NCBI GenBank assembly: GCA_048013815.1
Contig: CM106586.1
Coordinates: 14,074,001-14,137,868 of the forward strand
Direction of reading: 5' to 3'
DNA from: Setoptus koraiensis
Lineage: Eukaryota > Animalia > Arthropoda
Length of the DNA stretch: 63,868 bases
Of the stretch, positions 13,045 through 27,404 are shown in pieces. A program made the position numbers and the translations under genes. The notes beneath the pieces are model-generated. The model was not told the origin of the DNA. It saw only the letters and a list, made by a program, of their open reading frames with translations, and did not search any database. Within the stretch, counting starts at the first letter, position 1, and the number at the start of each line of letters is the position of its first letter.

Positions 13045-13100
13045 CCCGACTGACTCGGCCCGACCGACTCGGCCCGACCGACTCGGCCCGACCGACTCGG
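13045..13100. repeat. 14-bp tandem repeat CCCGACCGACTCGG, 4 copies
   Basis: Read directly. Confidence 0.9.
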
Positions 13101-14214
13101 CCGGCCGCATCGGGCGACCCAAGCGGCAACTTGAGCCATTTGCATCAGGCATTTGGCACACAACACAACGGCAGCCGAGAGAGCAAACCTGTCGTCGTGG
13201 TTGCGCAATTGTTGGCGGCCACTCGCCTATTCGCTCCATTCCGGCGCTGCCATGAATCGAAGCCGCCGCGATGACGCAATCACTGACGCCGAATCAGCGA
13301 TTATTCGGCGCCAGTGATAATTCGAGCTTCGACGACTGCTTACATCGGTAACAACATTCGCGATATCGCGAAACAATTAGAATGACTCACATCACTGGCT
13401 TGGCACACATTGTGCAGCAGTGTGCTGCAACCAATCCGCTGCAGCCCCAAACCGGCGCACGAATCGGGTATCTTTTATTCATTGTTAGTACTAGATTTAA
13501 TCTTTGTCGGGCATCGAGTCGGCCCCATTTATTAGAAATCGGCCCAAGTTTAACAGTTTGAGTTTGCACTGACATTAGTACGGAATCAAAATTCAATTCA
13601 CAATTCGAGTTCAACTTGAACTGTTCAAGTGTTAGCTCGGTGATCGAAGAGAGCCGAGCGAGCCAGCAAATAGCCGAGTTGTGACACATAGTTATGCAAC
13701 AGCCCATATTGCGGCGCACATTTTAATGATGGTGGGTGCATCGATGAGTCAGCTGTGCGCATGATTCAAACAATTCCTAGAATCACTGTCACTCCTATCA
13801 TGCCAGTCACCAGCTGACAGCTGACCCATGACAGGTGACACATGACGACACATGACGGGTGACAGATGACAGATGAAAGAGGCGAGCGTTGCATTACGCA
13901 ATACATGGTTGTTGCGTTGCGTTCACTGCGCACTGCTCAACAACCACTGACCACTGACCACTGACCACAAGGCCAACACGCACAACATTTGCTGCATGAG
14001 CGGCCGATGACGCAAAAGTGTGCCCCCTGTGTGCATCATCGGCTCGACACGGCGACGATATTGCTGCTGCTGCTGCTGCAGCTAATTGGTCAGCGAGCCA
14101 ATTAAAGCGACTCGGAATTAGGGTGCCCAGAGGCAAGCCGAGAGTCTCGATCACGATTTAGCGCTCACTGTGTGTGCCAGCGACACTTGCAATAAGGCGC
14201 TTGCTTGATGTGAT

Positions 14215-14320
14215 ACGATCGCCAGTGGTCAGCTGACGATCGCCAGTGGTCAGCTGACGATCGCCAGTGGTCAGCTGACGATCGCCAGTGGTCAGCTGAC
14301 GATCGCCAGTGGTCAGCTGA
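14215..14320. repeat. 21-bp perfect tandem repeat ACGATCGCCAGTGGTCAGCTG, 5 copies
   Basis: Read directly; the repeat forms GTCAGCTGAC and CGATCG palindromes. Confidence 0.97.
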
Positions 14321-17300
14321 TGATGGCTATCGCGGGCACTGCGGCAATTGGCGTAGTGGCCGCCACTTGTTGATTGACAGCCACTCGATAATTAGCGACA
14401 CCTCAAATACCAAGTGACAGCCGTACGGTGCCGCATATAATTGGGGCTGCCGATTCACGGTGGCGCCAGTTTGGTGGTGGCGCGAACTGTGCAATGCGAT
14501 GACACAATAATTAGCACGCAACAAATTGTGTGCCGATGGTTGTGTGCCGATGGTGGTGTGCCGATTGTCGTGTGCAGCCACTTGCAGCAACAGCAAGACT
14601 CTCTGCTCCGGTCCGAACGGCATTCATGCCACGAATTTCATGGGCATGGGATGCGGCGGGAGGGAGATGGATCCATTAGGGAGATTGTTGGGCATGTTTG
14701 GCGCACAAGCGAACGACGACCAAATAACAAATGGCAACCGTTAATTATGCATAATAGTGGCGGCAATGGAGCATGCATGACGCAACCACCATTATCCGTT
14801 GATTGCGCGCACTGGCAGCGGCACTTGGCTGCGCATATGCGCATATGCGCATATCAGCGGAGCACAGACAGACGGACAGGTGGACGGGCGACCGGGCGAC
14901 CGCGAACGGGCAACCGCGACCGGGCGAACAGGTGATCGGGTGAACAGGTGAACGAGACATGGGAAACACACTTGCGATGGGATAGGCGCACATGACAGGC
15001 GCACACGACGGGCGCACACGACGGGCGCACAGAGCGGAGCACAAGGGGAGGCGCGATGCCGAAACGGCGCCGCTTTGAATGGCGCTGGCAGCACCCAAAC
15101 GCGGCCAAATGACCAGCGCTGCATCGGCTAATGATTGTCAAATTGACCACTGGCGCTGGTCATCATTAGCGCCGACAATTGCGCAGTGTGTGCGCGGCCA
15201 TTATCTCTGTGCCTTACATAACAATAATAATAATGCTATGATCTAATAATAGGTGATGTGTCCGTGTGTGTGTGTGTGTGTGCGACAAGTGCAAGAAAGT
15301 TACATAATCCATGGCCATGGCTGATTGTGTTGGCCTGGCGTGTCGTTAATTGCTTATTTGGCGCTTACTTTGCATTTGCACACGACGGCGTTGATTGCGC
15401 AACATGGGCAAACAATGCGCTCGACAATGCGCTCGACTATGTGACACAAATGTGACAAATATACCGGCAATAGCGCGCAGTTGGATGCAATTGCCGCCAA
15501 TTGTCGAGTTAGCAGCAAGTGTCTCGTTGTGCGGCTCTCTGTCTCGGCAGGTGAGTTGGCGCTGTTGTGGCAGTCGCAGTGAAAATGCGGCCAAGTCGCT
15601 GTCCGACTGTCACACTAATAAGCATGCACAAACAACCACGCCAATGACGCAATTTTGGCTGCCGCTTCCTATTTGGCGCCACTGCCCTATGGCCTGTGAT
15701 GCTGTCACAATCGTTGTGCAACACAATACAGCACGGCGGCCCATTGTGACGGTGGCAATGTTACGCATTACGCAACATTGTTGCATTGCTGCATTTTAAG
15801 TTGTAATAAGTTACAAGTTGCATTTTACAAGTTGCGACAGCCGCTCACTGTTGCTGTCAGCGCCGCTTGCGCCAGCAGCTAATTGAAGGCTCGCCGTCAC
15901 CGCGGCCGGTCTTGCCAGCCCTGCGACACACACATCAACTGTGGCCCGAGCGGCGCACAGGTGAGCGCAGGTGAGCTCGGGTGGGCCGAGCGGCGAGCGC
16001 CCCAACGTGAGTGTTACGCAAATAACAATTAAATGAGCAGTCAATTTATTCTCGGCGCTCGCCTCCGACGAGTAACATTGCGATTGTTTGTCGCTCTTTT
16101 GGCCACCACTTTGACTACTGCTGACCCATGCCATGTGGCCACGCTATCGGCATGCCATGGCCGCCGCACAGGTAGCCGGCCGGCCAGCCAGCACAGGTAG
16201 TTGCGCAATGAGCGTCTAATGATACACACACACAACGTATATATTATTATATATTACGTAATCTAATTGTGGAACAAGCGAAGCGTTGTCGCACACTTAT
16301 CATCAGCATCATGTTTGTCATGTAAATCGAGTTGCGCTCGTCGCCCATTCAGTCTCTTCTCCACTCACCTGTATTGTGGCTCGTCTGGCCAGCTTGGCAT
16401 ACACAACGTATACATTATGTATATATTATGTATATACATGATGTATATACTATGTGTGTATGGGGCATAATAGGTGGCGCGCTGTTCATTTTGATTTAGA
16501 TCGAGCGCTCACTTCATGTCACAATGGCCGGCCGGCCGAGCCGATTCGGCGGGCCGCCAATTGCTGCTTGCAAACGACCAAAACTGCGACCGACCAAAGC
16601 AAAAGCGGCCAAAGCAAAAACGGCCGAAGCAAAAGCGACCAAAGCAAAAATGACCAAGGCGAAAATGACCAAAACTGCGACTGGCCAAGGAACGCGCCGA
16701 CCGACCGACCGACCGGCCGACAAACATCGCGAATCAATTCTTCAGAGCGAGAAACAACCAACACATCAAAATGGCCGCTGCGCGCCGCGTCGGGCCGGTG
16801 TCAGGGCCGGCAAAAAGTCATTTCATTTTATACTCACTGTCTCTGTAATATAATATCATATAATGTTGTATAATAATAATGTTATACAATGTTATATAAC
16901 AACTACAGGTTTGCTCGCTCGCCTAACGCAAGCTCGCCCGTCCAGGCCGGCACAGCCGACGAAAGGTGTACGAATGGCCGATAGACTGGCCGAGCTCATT
17001 TTATTTTATTGCCTAATAGTTGGCCAGTTTCTGCTGGACAACAACAACACCAGCAACAACACCAGCAACAACAGCAACAGCCACAACAGCAACAGCCACA
17101 ACAGCAACTACAGCAACAACAACAGCAACAACAACAACAACTTGTAATTGTAATTGTAATCCTACAACTACACTGCTCGTTAGTTGTAAGCACAAGTTAA
17201 CTATCACAATTAGTTGTTGTTGTTGTTGTTGTAGCTCAACTTTATAATTAACACACTAAGGTCAATGTGCTTCGCGCTCCCCCGCAATGGCCCGATGGCT

Positions 17301-17913
17301 GCTGCGCCCAACAGTGCCGGCCAGAGTCGGGCCGCGCCACGCCTCCGCTCTCTAGCGGACCGATTTGGTCCCGTACTGGTTGGACCGGAAGTGGTCACAT
17401 CCAATGAGCAAGGCAAACCGACACAAGCCGACACAGGATGCCAACAGGTGACAACTGATTCGCGCTCCTGCTGCCGCTGCCTTTGCCTTTGCCGCCGCCT
17501 CGTCAGCTGATTGTCAGTTGGGCAACAGTTTGACAGTGCGCATGACCGTCGTCCACTGGCCACTGTGCGAGGGCCTCCCCTTTTCGGGCCTCACTGCTCG
17601 CTTCGGGCCCCGCTGCTCGCTTGTGGCCCGACAGCTGATCGGGCCCATCCAAGTACAAACTGTATAATGTTTCTCCGCAGAGGCACAGAGTTGCGTAATG
17701 GCGCACACACACACAAATAGTATCACAGTTTATTGCATCAATTGTGCGTTGCGCGATTGGCGTCACGTAATGCACGTAACGTCAACTGCGCACCGTTATT
17801 GTAACATTATTTCTACTGCCGTTGTTGCTGTTGTTGCTGTTGCTGTTGTTGTTGTTGCTGTTGTTGCCGTTGTTGTCGTTGCTGTTGTTGTTGTCGTTGC
17901 TGTTGTTGTTGTC

Positions 17914-17953
<40 letters not shown>

Positions 17954-20900
17954 TTGCTGTTGCTGTTGTTGCCGTTGTTGTCGTTGATGTTGTAGTTGTC
18001 GTTGTTGTTGTTGTTGCCGTTGTTGGCCGACAACAACGGCCACCGACAACGGCCTTGTGTGGGGCGCCCAGAGAAGATTATCGATTGACTTAATGGAATT
18101 ATTTTGTATTCATTTTGCCGTTTGGCCGCTCGGCTCGCCTTGCCAGAATGGCTGCTGCTGATTTGCTCGCTCGCTGGCTCGCCGGCAGGGGACGCTTTCG
18201 AGCTGGCCAAGTCACGATTTGCGAGCGACGAAATCGGAGCGTATGAAGCGCCATAAGTGACACACACACAAGGGCGACACTGGCGCAAATTGTCGCCCGG
18301 CACCTCGCTTGCCGTTGTTGTTGCCGTTGCTGTTGCCGTTGTCGAGTGGCCCCGACGAGCGGCACAGTGGCAATCGCGGGCGCAGAGTCAGCCACAATCT
18401 GTGCCCCGGCCGGCAGATAGCGAGACGGCAAACACTTAGTTACTGGAGCCGCTTTTTATTATTGTTGCTGCTGTTTGCGCGCCTAATGCACACAACGTAA
18501 CAGTATAACGGCGCACCGAGCTCAGGGGCGAGCTCGGCGAGCTCGCCGGGCCTGACGGGCAAAACGGGATCCGGTTATTGCGGGCCCGTTGCGTCTGTTG
18601 TGTTTTGGTCGTTTGGCGGCGCCGCCGGCGAGACGGCCAATGATGGTCGGCAGTGGAGCGCGGGCTAATGCTCCCATTGCACAGGACTGGCACGACATAC
18701 AAACTGGCGCACATGTGCCGAGGGCCAACTGTCAACCGGCCGGTCAGCTGATCGGAGAAGTGCCCCAGCACTGGCCCAAATTGCAAACGGCGCATAGACA
18801 GTGAACATAAATTTTGAGCGCCCGCTCGACAGTCGGACGCGTACAACGCGGATTCACGCTTGAAAATCGGGCTAAATTCTCTCCAACTGACCACAAGTGT
18901 TTTGAACCAAATTTGTATGGCTGGCTGGCCGGCCGGCGAAAATGCCCCCCCCCCAAAAAAAAAAAAAAAATGGCTGGCAGCTCGCCAATTGTCGGCCGCT
19001 CATCAGCTGATTGAGTTGACAGGCAGCTGGACACGTCAGTGGGGCTGCGTTGGTAGTATGCAAATATGCGTTTGCGACACTGTGCTGGCCTGCGCAACCG
19101 GCAACAATCCGTTCGGGGGCCGCTAGCTCGGGCTCGCCAGTGCCCGCCAGCGCACAAAAAGCCCCATCGCGTCTGTGCCGGCTTGCGTCTGTGCCGGCTC
19201 ACTCGGGCCCCGGCAGCCAAGCTCCATTGGCAGCGGCTATTCATTATGTCGCGGCCCATAGCGTCACGCTTCACTAGCTGTGCGCCACATGTGACTGTGC
19301 CATTGAGTCGGCCCCAAATGCCGCTGGCCACTACGCCGGCCCGGCGGCGAGCTCTGTGCCGCGCTGCGCCACTAGGTGCTGTTTGAGTGCACAGCAGGGC
19401 GACTATAGCGGCGATTGCGACTCGTGCGCGTCATGTTATTGCGACTTGTGTGCGCCATGTTATGGCGCTCGCTGATCGCGTTTGATCGCGATAACGGCTT
19501 ATAACGGGTTTGCGCACACACGCACAACAGAACCGTTATGGGCCCCGTTATGTGTGTGCACAACTGCAGCGCGGCACAAATGACCGGATGCCGGGCGCAT
19601 CGAGGTGGCAGGCTTGCGCTGCCGGCCCAAATGCTGCGCCTCAAATGGCGCTCCGGCCAAATGGGCCCGTGGCACGGGCTTGCGCGGGGCGCCGGCCAGC
19701 GGGCATGGATTTTTCAAGTTGTAAGTTGCAATTTGCAACGTTGTACCAACTGGCGCCAGATCATTTCAGATAATTATCCGACGGCGGGCCCAATGTGGCG
19801 GGCCTCGCACAAGCGCCCGCGCTGGCGGCCCGTCTTGGCTGGCGGCGCCGGCCGGGGCCGGGCCGAAAAAAGTGGACTGCGGCGCAGACAAACAACGGAA
19901 TGTCACTGCTTGTAGCCGGTCCATTATTATCTGGAGGCCGGGTACGATATTGCAGTGCACAACTACTTTTATAAGTCTCAAATGACCCATAAAATGAGCA
20001 AAATAATTGGCTCGGCTGGCCTCTAAGCACACGCGCACAAACACGTACGCGGGCCGCACAACGGCGCGCCGTTGCTTGTCGGCGAGCTTGTGCTGTGCGT
20101 GTGGCTGTTGTTGCCGGTTTTGCGCTGTTGTTGCCGGTTTTGGGGCGCCCCAAAACCGGCAGTCAACAGCGCAGTCAAGCCGGCGCGCACTAGTTGTAAT
20201 GGCGGGCGGGCCGCTAATGGTGCCCGGCCAACTTATAACTTGCTTTGTTGTGTGCGGTGATATATGTTTTTGATTGGACCCGGCCAATGGTCGCCAATGG
20301 TTTTATATCTGGCAATCTAGCCATCGAGCGATCATCATCGGCCCCACTGGCGGCTCCGCTTGGGCCCCGTTCTCCGCTGCAGCTACGACTAGCGCGCCCC
20401 TACATCGTAGAGTGCGCAACTTGTCTTGTGTCCGGTGGCGAGTCGGCTCGAGGGCTACTCATCATCATCGGCCGCTGGCGCGACCCGGCAAACGCTGGCG
20501 AGCGCACAAAAGAGCCGAGCGAGTTACATAACACCGGCGACGGCAGCGGCTCGCCCATTACGCAAGCAAATGTAAATTGAGTAAAATAATCTGAGTGCGG
20601 ATCAGGTACGCGCACGGGCTTTAATGGCGGCGCCCGGCCGCTCGCCGGCCCGAGCAGCTTGCCGGGTGGCCGCGGGCGCCCTAGGCCGGACACTGACTAT
20701 GAATGAGACAGACACCGGGCCAGACAGGGCCGCCAAATGGTGTTTACCCGTTGGTAACTTTTCTCAAAAGGGGGGGCCCAGCCAGCACGAATTTGGCCAA
20801 CAACAAACACGGAATGGCTCCCTTTTTGTCCGCTCCCGTCTCCGCTCACTTGTCTCAATTGGCCCACCAGTGAGTGCCTGATCAAGCATCAACGATAAAA

Positions 20901-22834
20901 GTAATATTTAAGTTTATTTTTCGTCCAGTCTACAATTTATAGGCAAACAATTTATTCATGTCCATGCCCGAGCCGGCGCCCGGCACCGGTCCGCTGTGTG
21001 TTTGTCTTGCATGCCCGGCGCAAAAAGCCGGCCAGACCCGAACAGGCGGCCGGGCGCCCCAAAAGAGGCGAAGATGGAGAACGGGCAACGGTTGCACGGC
21101 CGCCATGCGCTTCCTGACGCGCCCCGCGACAATTTCCGACGTTTCGCGGCCGGTTCCGTGCGGGCCGGCCGGCTCCACTGCTGCTTCGGCCGGCCCCACT
21201 TGTGCTTCGGCCTGCTCCACTGTGCAGCCCGGGCGAGCGGCCGACCGAACAAATTTATGGCCGGCCAGATATGTATTGCAGTCAGGTAAGCGGCGGGCCG
21301 GCTCCGCTGGGCGCCGTACTGATCCGCCGTTTGAGCGGTAATTTATACACACCAATAACTAGCAATAATTGGACGACTCTCCTTTTCTGTCGGGTCTGTT
21401 GCCCCGTGGGCCAGTGCGCCACAACCGCCCAGACCAACGCCAAGATGACGCCGATAGCTGGCAGCTTTGTTTGCTCATTTGGGCGTAGCTCTGTTTGTTT
21501 TCACTCGTTGATAAACAAACTGCCAAGTCGCCAATTCCGCCGACATCCGAATCATCGCAACTGCGCCGCTCGATATTCGGGATATCGCGAAAATATCGAG
21601 CCGATATTCGGGATATCGGCGAAATGCGAACGATTCACAAATGAATATTGTTCTTGTTCCGACCGGCAGTTTGCTCTTTTTTTTTTGTTTAAACAAATTT
21701 AAAAAATTGCAACAACGACCGTTTCATGTTTGTCGGGCCGCCACTAACCGGGCCGACAAGCCCGTCGCCCGTTGCGATCTGTCACAAGCGCCAATAGTGA
21801 TGTCAGCCAAAATGATGTCGGCAATAAAGATGAGTTGTTGTCGCAACTCGCGAAATTAAGCGCACAAATGTCACAACCTGGCAAACTGTTGGCGCAAACT
21901 GTTTTGCCACAAACGTCAGCCGCATTCGCCAGAAATACGAGAGATCAGATAATCAATAATATCTGATATCTATCCCTCTGATATCGAGAATGGTGCGTTT
22001 GCGCTGCGATCGAGCGACGCAAATTGCGGCCGCCAGTCGACGGGCGCATTGATTGCGCTCAATCAATTAACGAGCAAGCCCGAATGGGAAGTTTAAATTA
22101 TGGTAATGCATCCAGCGACAGCGGCCACAGATATCGGGTAGCCGGCAAGGGGCGTGACTTGTGCCCGCGGGTGGGCGCGAAACCGGGCGATCGGACGGAT
22201 ATGGCGCAGTTAATATCCGTTGGCGGGCTCCGTCCCGGGAACGTTGTAACGATGCTCGCTGTAAATGGGCACAAACACAAAAGTGTTCTCTTTGATGCCA
22301 AACACACACACACACACACGCACACGCTTCCTTTGGTGCGGGCCCGCACCGTGGACCCGTGCGGCATTTTGGTGGCCATGATGGTGATCAGCGTCATCAT
22401 TTCCTCCACAATGATCCGTCCCTTTCTCCGCTCCCTTTCAGTTGTTGCCTCTTTGCCTCCCGCTCTCTATATATAGCTCCCTCTCTCTCTGTACACATCT
22501 CCCTCTCTCTGTATATTGCTCCCCCTCTCTGTATATAGCTGGCTCTCTCTCTCTCTCTCTCTCTGGGTTGGCACGCAAAAAACAGATCGCTAGGTACTTG
22601 CGCCGGGCCCATGCTAATAGAGAGATAACAACAAAAACGGGGCGCCGATCTAACGAGCATCAGCGCGAATTTGTCTCTTATCAGATGGGCCGGCATTGTC
22701 ATTGGCTGGCTGGCTGGCTGGCCGTTGGGCACGACGCGACTAAACGGGCGCCCGGCGAAGAATGGAGATTTTTTCAACGGGCGCCAGATTCGTTTCTTGG
22801 GGCGACAAATGAATCGGATGATCATTTAGCCGTG

Positions 22835-22876
<42 letters not shown>

Positions 22877-25486
22877 TACACGCGACCGACCAAATGGGTT
22901 CCGCGGATCCGATCGGTCCCCAGCCGTCGGTCATGCCGCGCGACGACGGCCGCCAAAAGCCTCGGGCCGCCCATATGGCCCGACGCATTATTGTGCGCGG
23001 CGGAGACGTTGCCAACACTCACTAACGACTTGAAAAAAAGTAACCCATTTCCATGGGCCGACACCGTCGTTCGCTGGGCACCACATATATCTGAGCAATG
23101 CCGGTTTTTGTACCGTGGCGGCTAGGTGCCGGGCGCCGGCCAAAACGACGGCTCTGGGTGTGTCAGCCGCTGACTTGTGAGCTGCCAAAAGCAGAAAAAT
23201 GAGATTAATGCCAGATTAATAGTTTTTTCTCCCGCTTTCTCTGGGGTTTTCGAGGCGCCGTCGGCGCGGCCTCGTCTGCGAAGTTGGACGGCGCCCGTTC
23301 GTGGGGGCGCCCCAGGTGCTTGTGCACCGTCCACGGCCCTCTATTGATGGCCGGCTTGTCCGCCGAGATACGCCGGCGCCACTCGCCAGCACAACAACGG
23401 GCCAGCCAATTTTAGGGCCAATTTTGGGCCGCCCAAAGCGTGGGCCGCCCAGACCTGGGGCCGCTCACAAAGACAAAGACCGGCCTAATTCAGTCCTAAT
23501 TCGCTAGCGTGCCCGTTCGTCTGGCCAGCGGGATTATATTATTATGTTGTCGTGTGCGCGCTAAAACGTCGTCTGATAAAACTGGCCTATCTTGTAATTG
23601 GTCGCCTAGCGCTAATAGCCGTTGGTGGCGGCATCATGTAAGCGCCGGCCCGCTATCTAGCCCGTTATCTCGCCCCCTAGTCGGCCCGGACTGCAGTCGG
23701 CCCGTGCGGACTGTCGGACCACAGACTCATGCAGTCGGGCCTGGGCGCCCGACTGTATGAGCCGTCCGCTCAGCCGACCGGGCCCGACTCATCCAGTTGG
23801 CTCGGGCCCGGTCGGTCCGGCGCGGCGCAGTGCGGTCCAGTGGGCGGCCGGTGGTGTCGGCGCCCATTGTCGCTCGGCGCAATATGTTTGGCGCAAGCGC
23901 AACATATCTGTGCATCGAGTCGGAACGGGCCCGACTATGCCAGACACGGATTTAGAACTGCACACGACAAGACAAAGTGCACGATTGTTTCCGCTTTGTC
24001 TCGGTGATGCCGTCTATCAAGTTACAAGCCGGCACGCACATCACACAACCGGCACAGCGCCGCCAAAAGTGCAATTATGTGCCGGCGCTGTTTTTGTTGG
24101 CGCGCGTATGCGTATTGCGCACTGCGGACAGCGGATTGAAATTGCCCGCGGATGCGCGCAACACTTAGCCGGCCTGGCGGGGCGGGCGGCAATTGCAATT
24201 TTGGGGCGCACAAGTGTAGCGAAATCGTTGAAACGAAACGAAACTAAACGCTACAAAACGCGCACCGCCGCTCGCTTCCTCTGAGCGGGCCGCCAAGACG
24301 CACGCAGCGCGCCGGCCCGGCCAGGGGGCGCTCGGGCCGGCGCTGACCTTGAAATTGCCATCGAGCCGGCGGCCAGTTTGTTGGCCAGATCGGCCAGCCA
24401 GATAGTTGGCTGGCGGGCTTAGAAGGGGGATTTATCTCGTTGCGTTGTGTGGCGCCACTGACACTGGCACGCGTTTAAGCACGCTCCTCGCGGCTGCTAT
24501 CAGTGCCCGTTGGCTTTGTGTTGGGGCCCGTCGAGCTTGTTAGATCTCGTCGATCTTTGTGCGCTTCGTGTCGCCTCGCTCGCTGGCTGGCTGGCAAGCT
24601 CGCTCGGGTGTGTGTGGCTAACTGTCAATTACTGTCACACACACACACACACACACACACTCACTGCTGAAAATACCCGCATGCTCTTGGGAGAGGCGGC
24701 GGCGAACAATGGGAGCACAACAATGCGACAGCACGATAATGCCACAGCGACAATGGGAGAGCGGCGGGAGGCCAGTGGGAGGCGCTGGGAGACGGTGGGA
24801 GAAAGCGCTTGCGGACAGCGGCCGGCGGCTTGTGTGACGCAATGGCGTTTTGTGTGCCGGTTGGCGGCCCGGCCACACCAAAACGACCGAATCAGCTGAC
24901 AGCGGCTGTCGGTGGGCAAGGCCGGGTTGGCAGCCGGCCAACGAGCAGCGCCAGTCGCCATGGCGACCGCTAGATTATGCCCGGCGAGCCGGCCGGCCGC
25001 TCACTGGCTGACAAGCGCCGTTTTGGGGGGCTGTGGCTGCCCCCGAAGCAGCGAGCACATTGTAATGGCACAACAATAAGTAATAGGCGCACAGTGTGCG
25101 CGCCGGCCGGCAGCCACTCCTTCCTGTTTCTTCGAGTTTCGCGTACGTTAGTTATTACATAATACAATACGTATAATATAATGTAGCAACGACAACAGCT
25201 AACGGCGCCGGCTGGCGGGGGCCTCAGCGCGGGCTCGACTGGCGGGGCCTCAGCGCGCCGGCCAGACAGCGCCGGACGGACAGCGGCGGGCGCACGGCAG
25301 CGGACGGGTGCGCCTGTAAGGGAGCGCACAGGCAGACAGATAGGTTTTGTTGGGGGCGCACGTCATTCATTGATGTCACACGCATTCACATTTGGGCCAA
25401 TTGCCAGCGGAATAACATTTAGCGTCGGGCGCACCGTTTAGCCGGCCTGGCCGGCTTAGCGGCCCGACGTAGCCGGCGACACGACA

Positions 25487-25573
25487 CAAACGCAACAAAC
25501 GCAGCAAACGCAACAAACGCAACAAACGCAACAAACGCAACAAACGCAACAAACGCAGCAAACGTAACAAACG
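25487..25573. repeat. 9-bp tandem repeat CAAACGCAA, about 9.5 copies
   Basis: Read directly. Confidence 0.95.
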
Positions 25574-26537
25574 AACGGGCGACTGGCAGCCTGTGTCGCC
25601 CCCATTCGTTATCTAGCCGCTAGTTAAATTGCAATAGCGCCGACCGCTGGCCGGCCCGGCCCGACTGGTCACTTTGGGGTGCCAGCGCCAGTTGTTTGGC
25701 GGCGCTGGCGACTGCAATTGGCGGCTGCAAACGGCACTGCCAACAATAACTGTATGTGTGTGTGTGTGTGTGTCCACTGGGGCAATGGCAAACGACCAAA
25801 GAGTGATTATGTAAGCGCTAATTTGCCAACTACACACACGCACACGCACACACACTCACACACACACACACGCACGCACGCACAGTATATAACAGTGTGC
25901 AACAAAACCGTTATGTTGCAGCGGCTAGCCCGACGGCAAGGCGAGTTTGTTTATGAAAGTTGTGCGCTGCGTTTGTTGGCCAGTTGCAATGTTGCAACAC
26001 GGGCACGTCACAATGGGGCCCGGCCGGTCAGCTGACCGGCGGCCGGCACAGCACACAGCCAGCGCTGTTACGTAATCTTATTTCGTCAGCTGTGTTTTTT
26101 GTTGTTTGGTGGCGTGGTTGTTGTTGCTGTTGCTGGCATCGTGTAAGCCGGCCATGTTTTTGTCGTTGCTGCTGATTGTGTGTGCGCGCCATAAAGCTGC
26201 CAGTGCCGGTGGTAACAGTTGACAGTTATTTCTGTCGAGCCAATAAGTTATTACGCAATATCAACAAGCGCAGATTCGCTTATCTGCTCGGCCAGACCGC
26301 TGGCCGTTGCCGGCGCTCGCACAAGCTGGCCGTTGCCGGCGCTCGCACAAGCTCGCCAGTTTCGTCTGGGCGAAAGCTGGCAAGCTTGTCGCTGGCGCCG
26401 AGTCGCCTGTCAGCTGACCGGCGGCCGCAAGTGGCGCCGGCCGACAGTGTGTGCGCCGCAGAATCGTCGACAGCCTCGGCCGGGCATCGGCGGCTAAGCG
26501 TCCGCCGAGCACGGGCTCAAAGCATGCGAGCCAAATG

Positions 26538-26598
26538 TCGGCTAAATATCCGCTAAGTATCGGCTAAATATCGGCTAAATATCAGCTAAATATCAGCT
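26538..26598. repeat. 11-bp tandem repeat GCTAAATATC(G/A), about 5 copies
   Basis: Read directly. Confidence 0.85.
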
Positions 26599-27298
26599 GA
26601 TGTGTGGCCGCTCTGCCAGCGCACAGCGCCGGGCGACACAAACATGCGTTGTTACGCAACACAAATATCGGGCCAGACTCGAGCCGCAATTGATGTTGTT
26701 GCATAATATCGGCGGCGCAGCCAATATGCACGACGGCCAACGTCAGATTAAGCCACACACATAAACAAACGGGGGGGGCGGCCTTATCCCCTGGGCTCGC
26801 TCTGGCCGGCGTCACGGCTGGCCGTTATATCATTTGTTTATGTCGGCATTAGCAGCGAGCGGCCGCTTCAGCCGGCCCGGCGCCGCTATCGATGCCCGGT
26901 GGCCGCATTAGCCGGCCCGGCGCTGCTATCAATGCCCGGTGCCACGGGGCAACACTGTCGGCTGCTGGCGCGGCGTCTCGCCAACAATGCGCTTATGCTG
27001 TGTTTATCACCTGAGCCGGCCGGCCCGCCAACTAATTGCCTCCAGCAAACATTTATCGCTCACATTTATCCGGCGACGCATTACAATGGGGGCAGGCGGC
27101 GGAATTCACTCTGAGCGGATTGTGTGTGTGTGCGTGTGTGCGGTCATATTTAGCAGTTAGCCGGGCGACACACACATGCGATAATCTGATGCTCGCCGGC
27201 CGGCCGGCCAGCGCTGGCTTTGGGCGACAAAAAGGGTGCCCAAAGACGACAATTTATTCATTGATTAGCAGTAATCAGTGATTAGCGATTAGCGGTTG

Positions 27299-27404
27299 TC
27301 TGGTCCGGTCTGGTCTGGTCTGGTCTGGTCTGGTCTGGTCTGGTCTGGTCTGGTCTGGTCTGGTCTGGTCTGGTCTGGCCTGGCCTGGTCTGGTCTGGCC
27401 TGGC
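27299..27404. repeat. (TCTGG)n pentanucleotide microsatellite, about 21 units
   Basis: Read directly. Confidence 0.95.

Noticed and set aside
27299-27404. Interstitial telomeric repeat
   Set aside because: TCTGG differs from the arthropod TTAGG and beetle TCAGG motifs; treated as an ordinary microsatellite.
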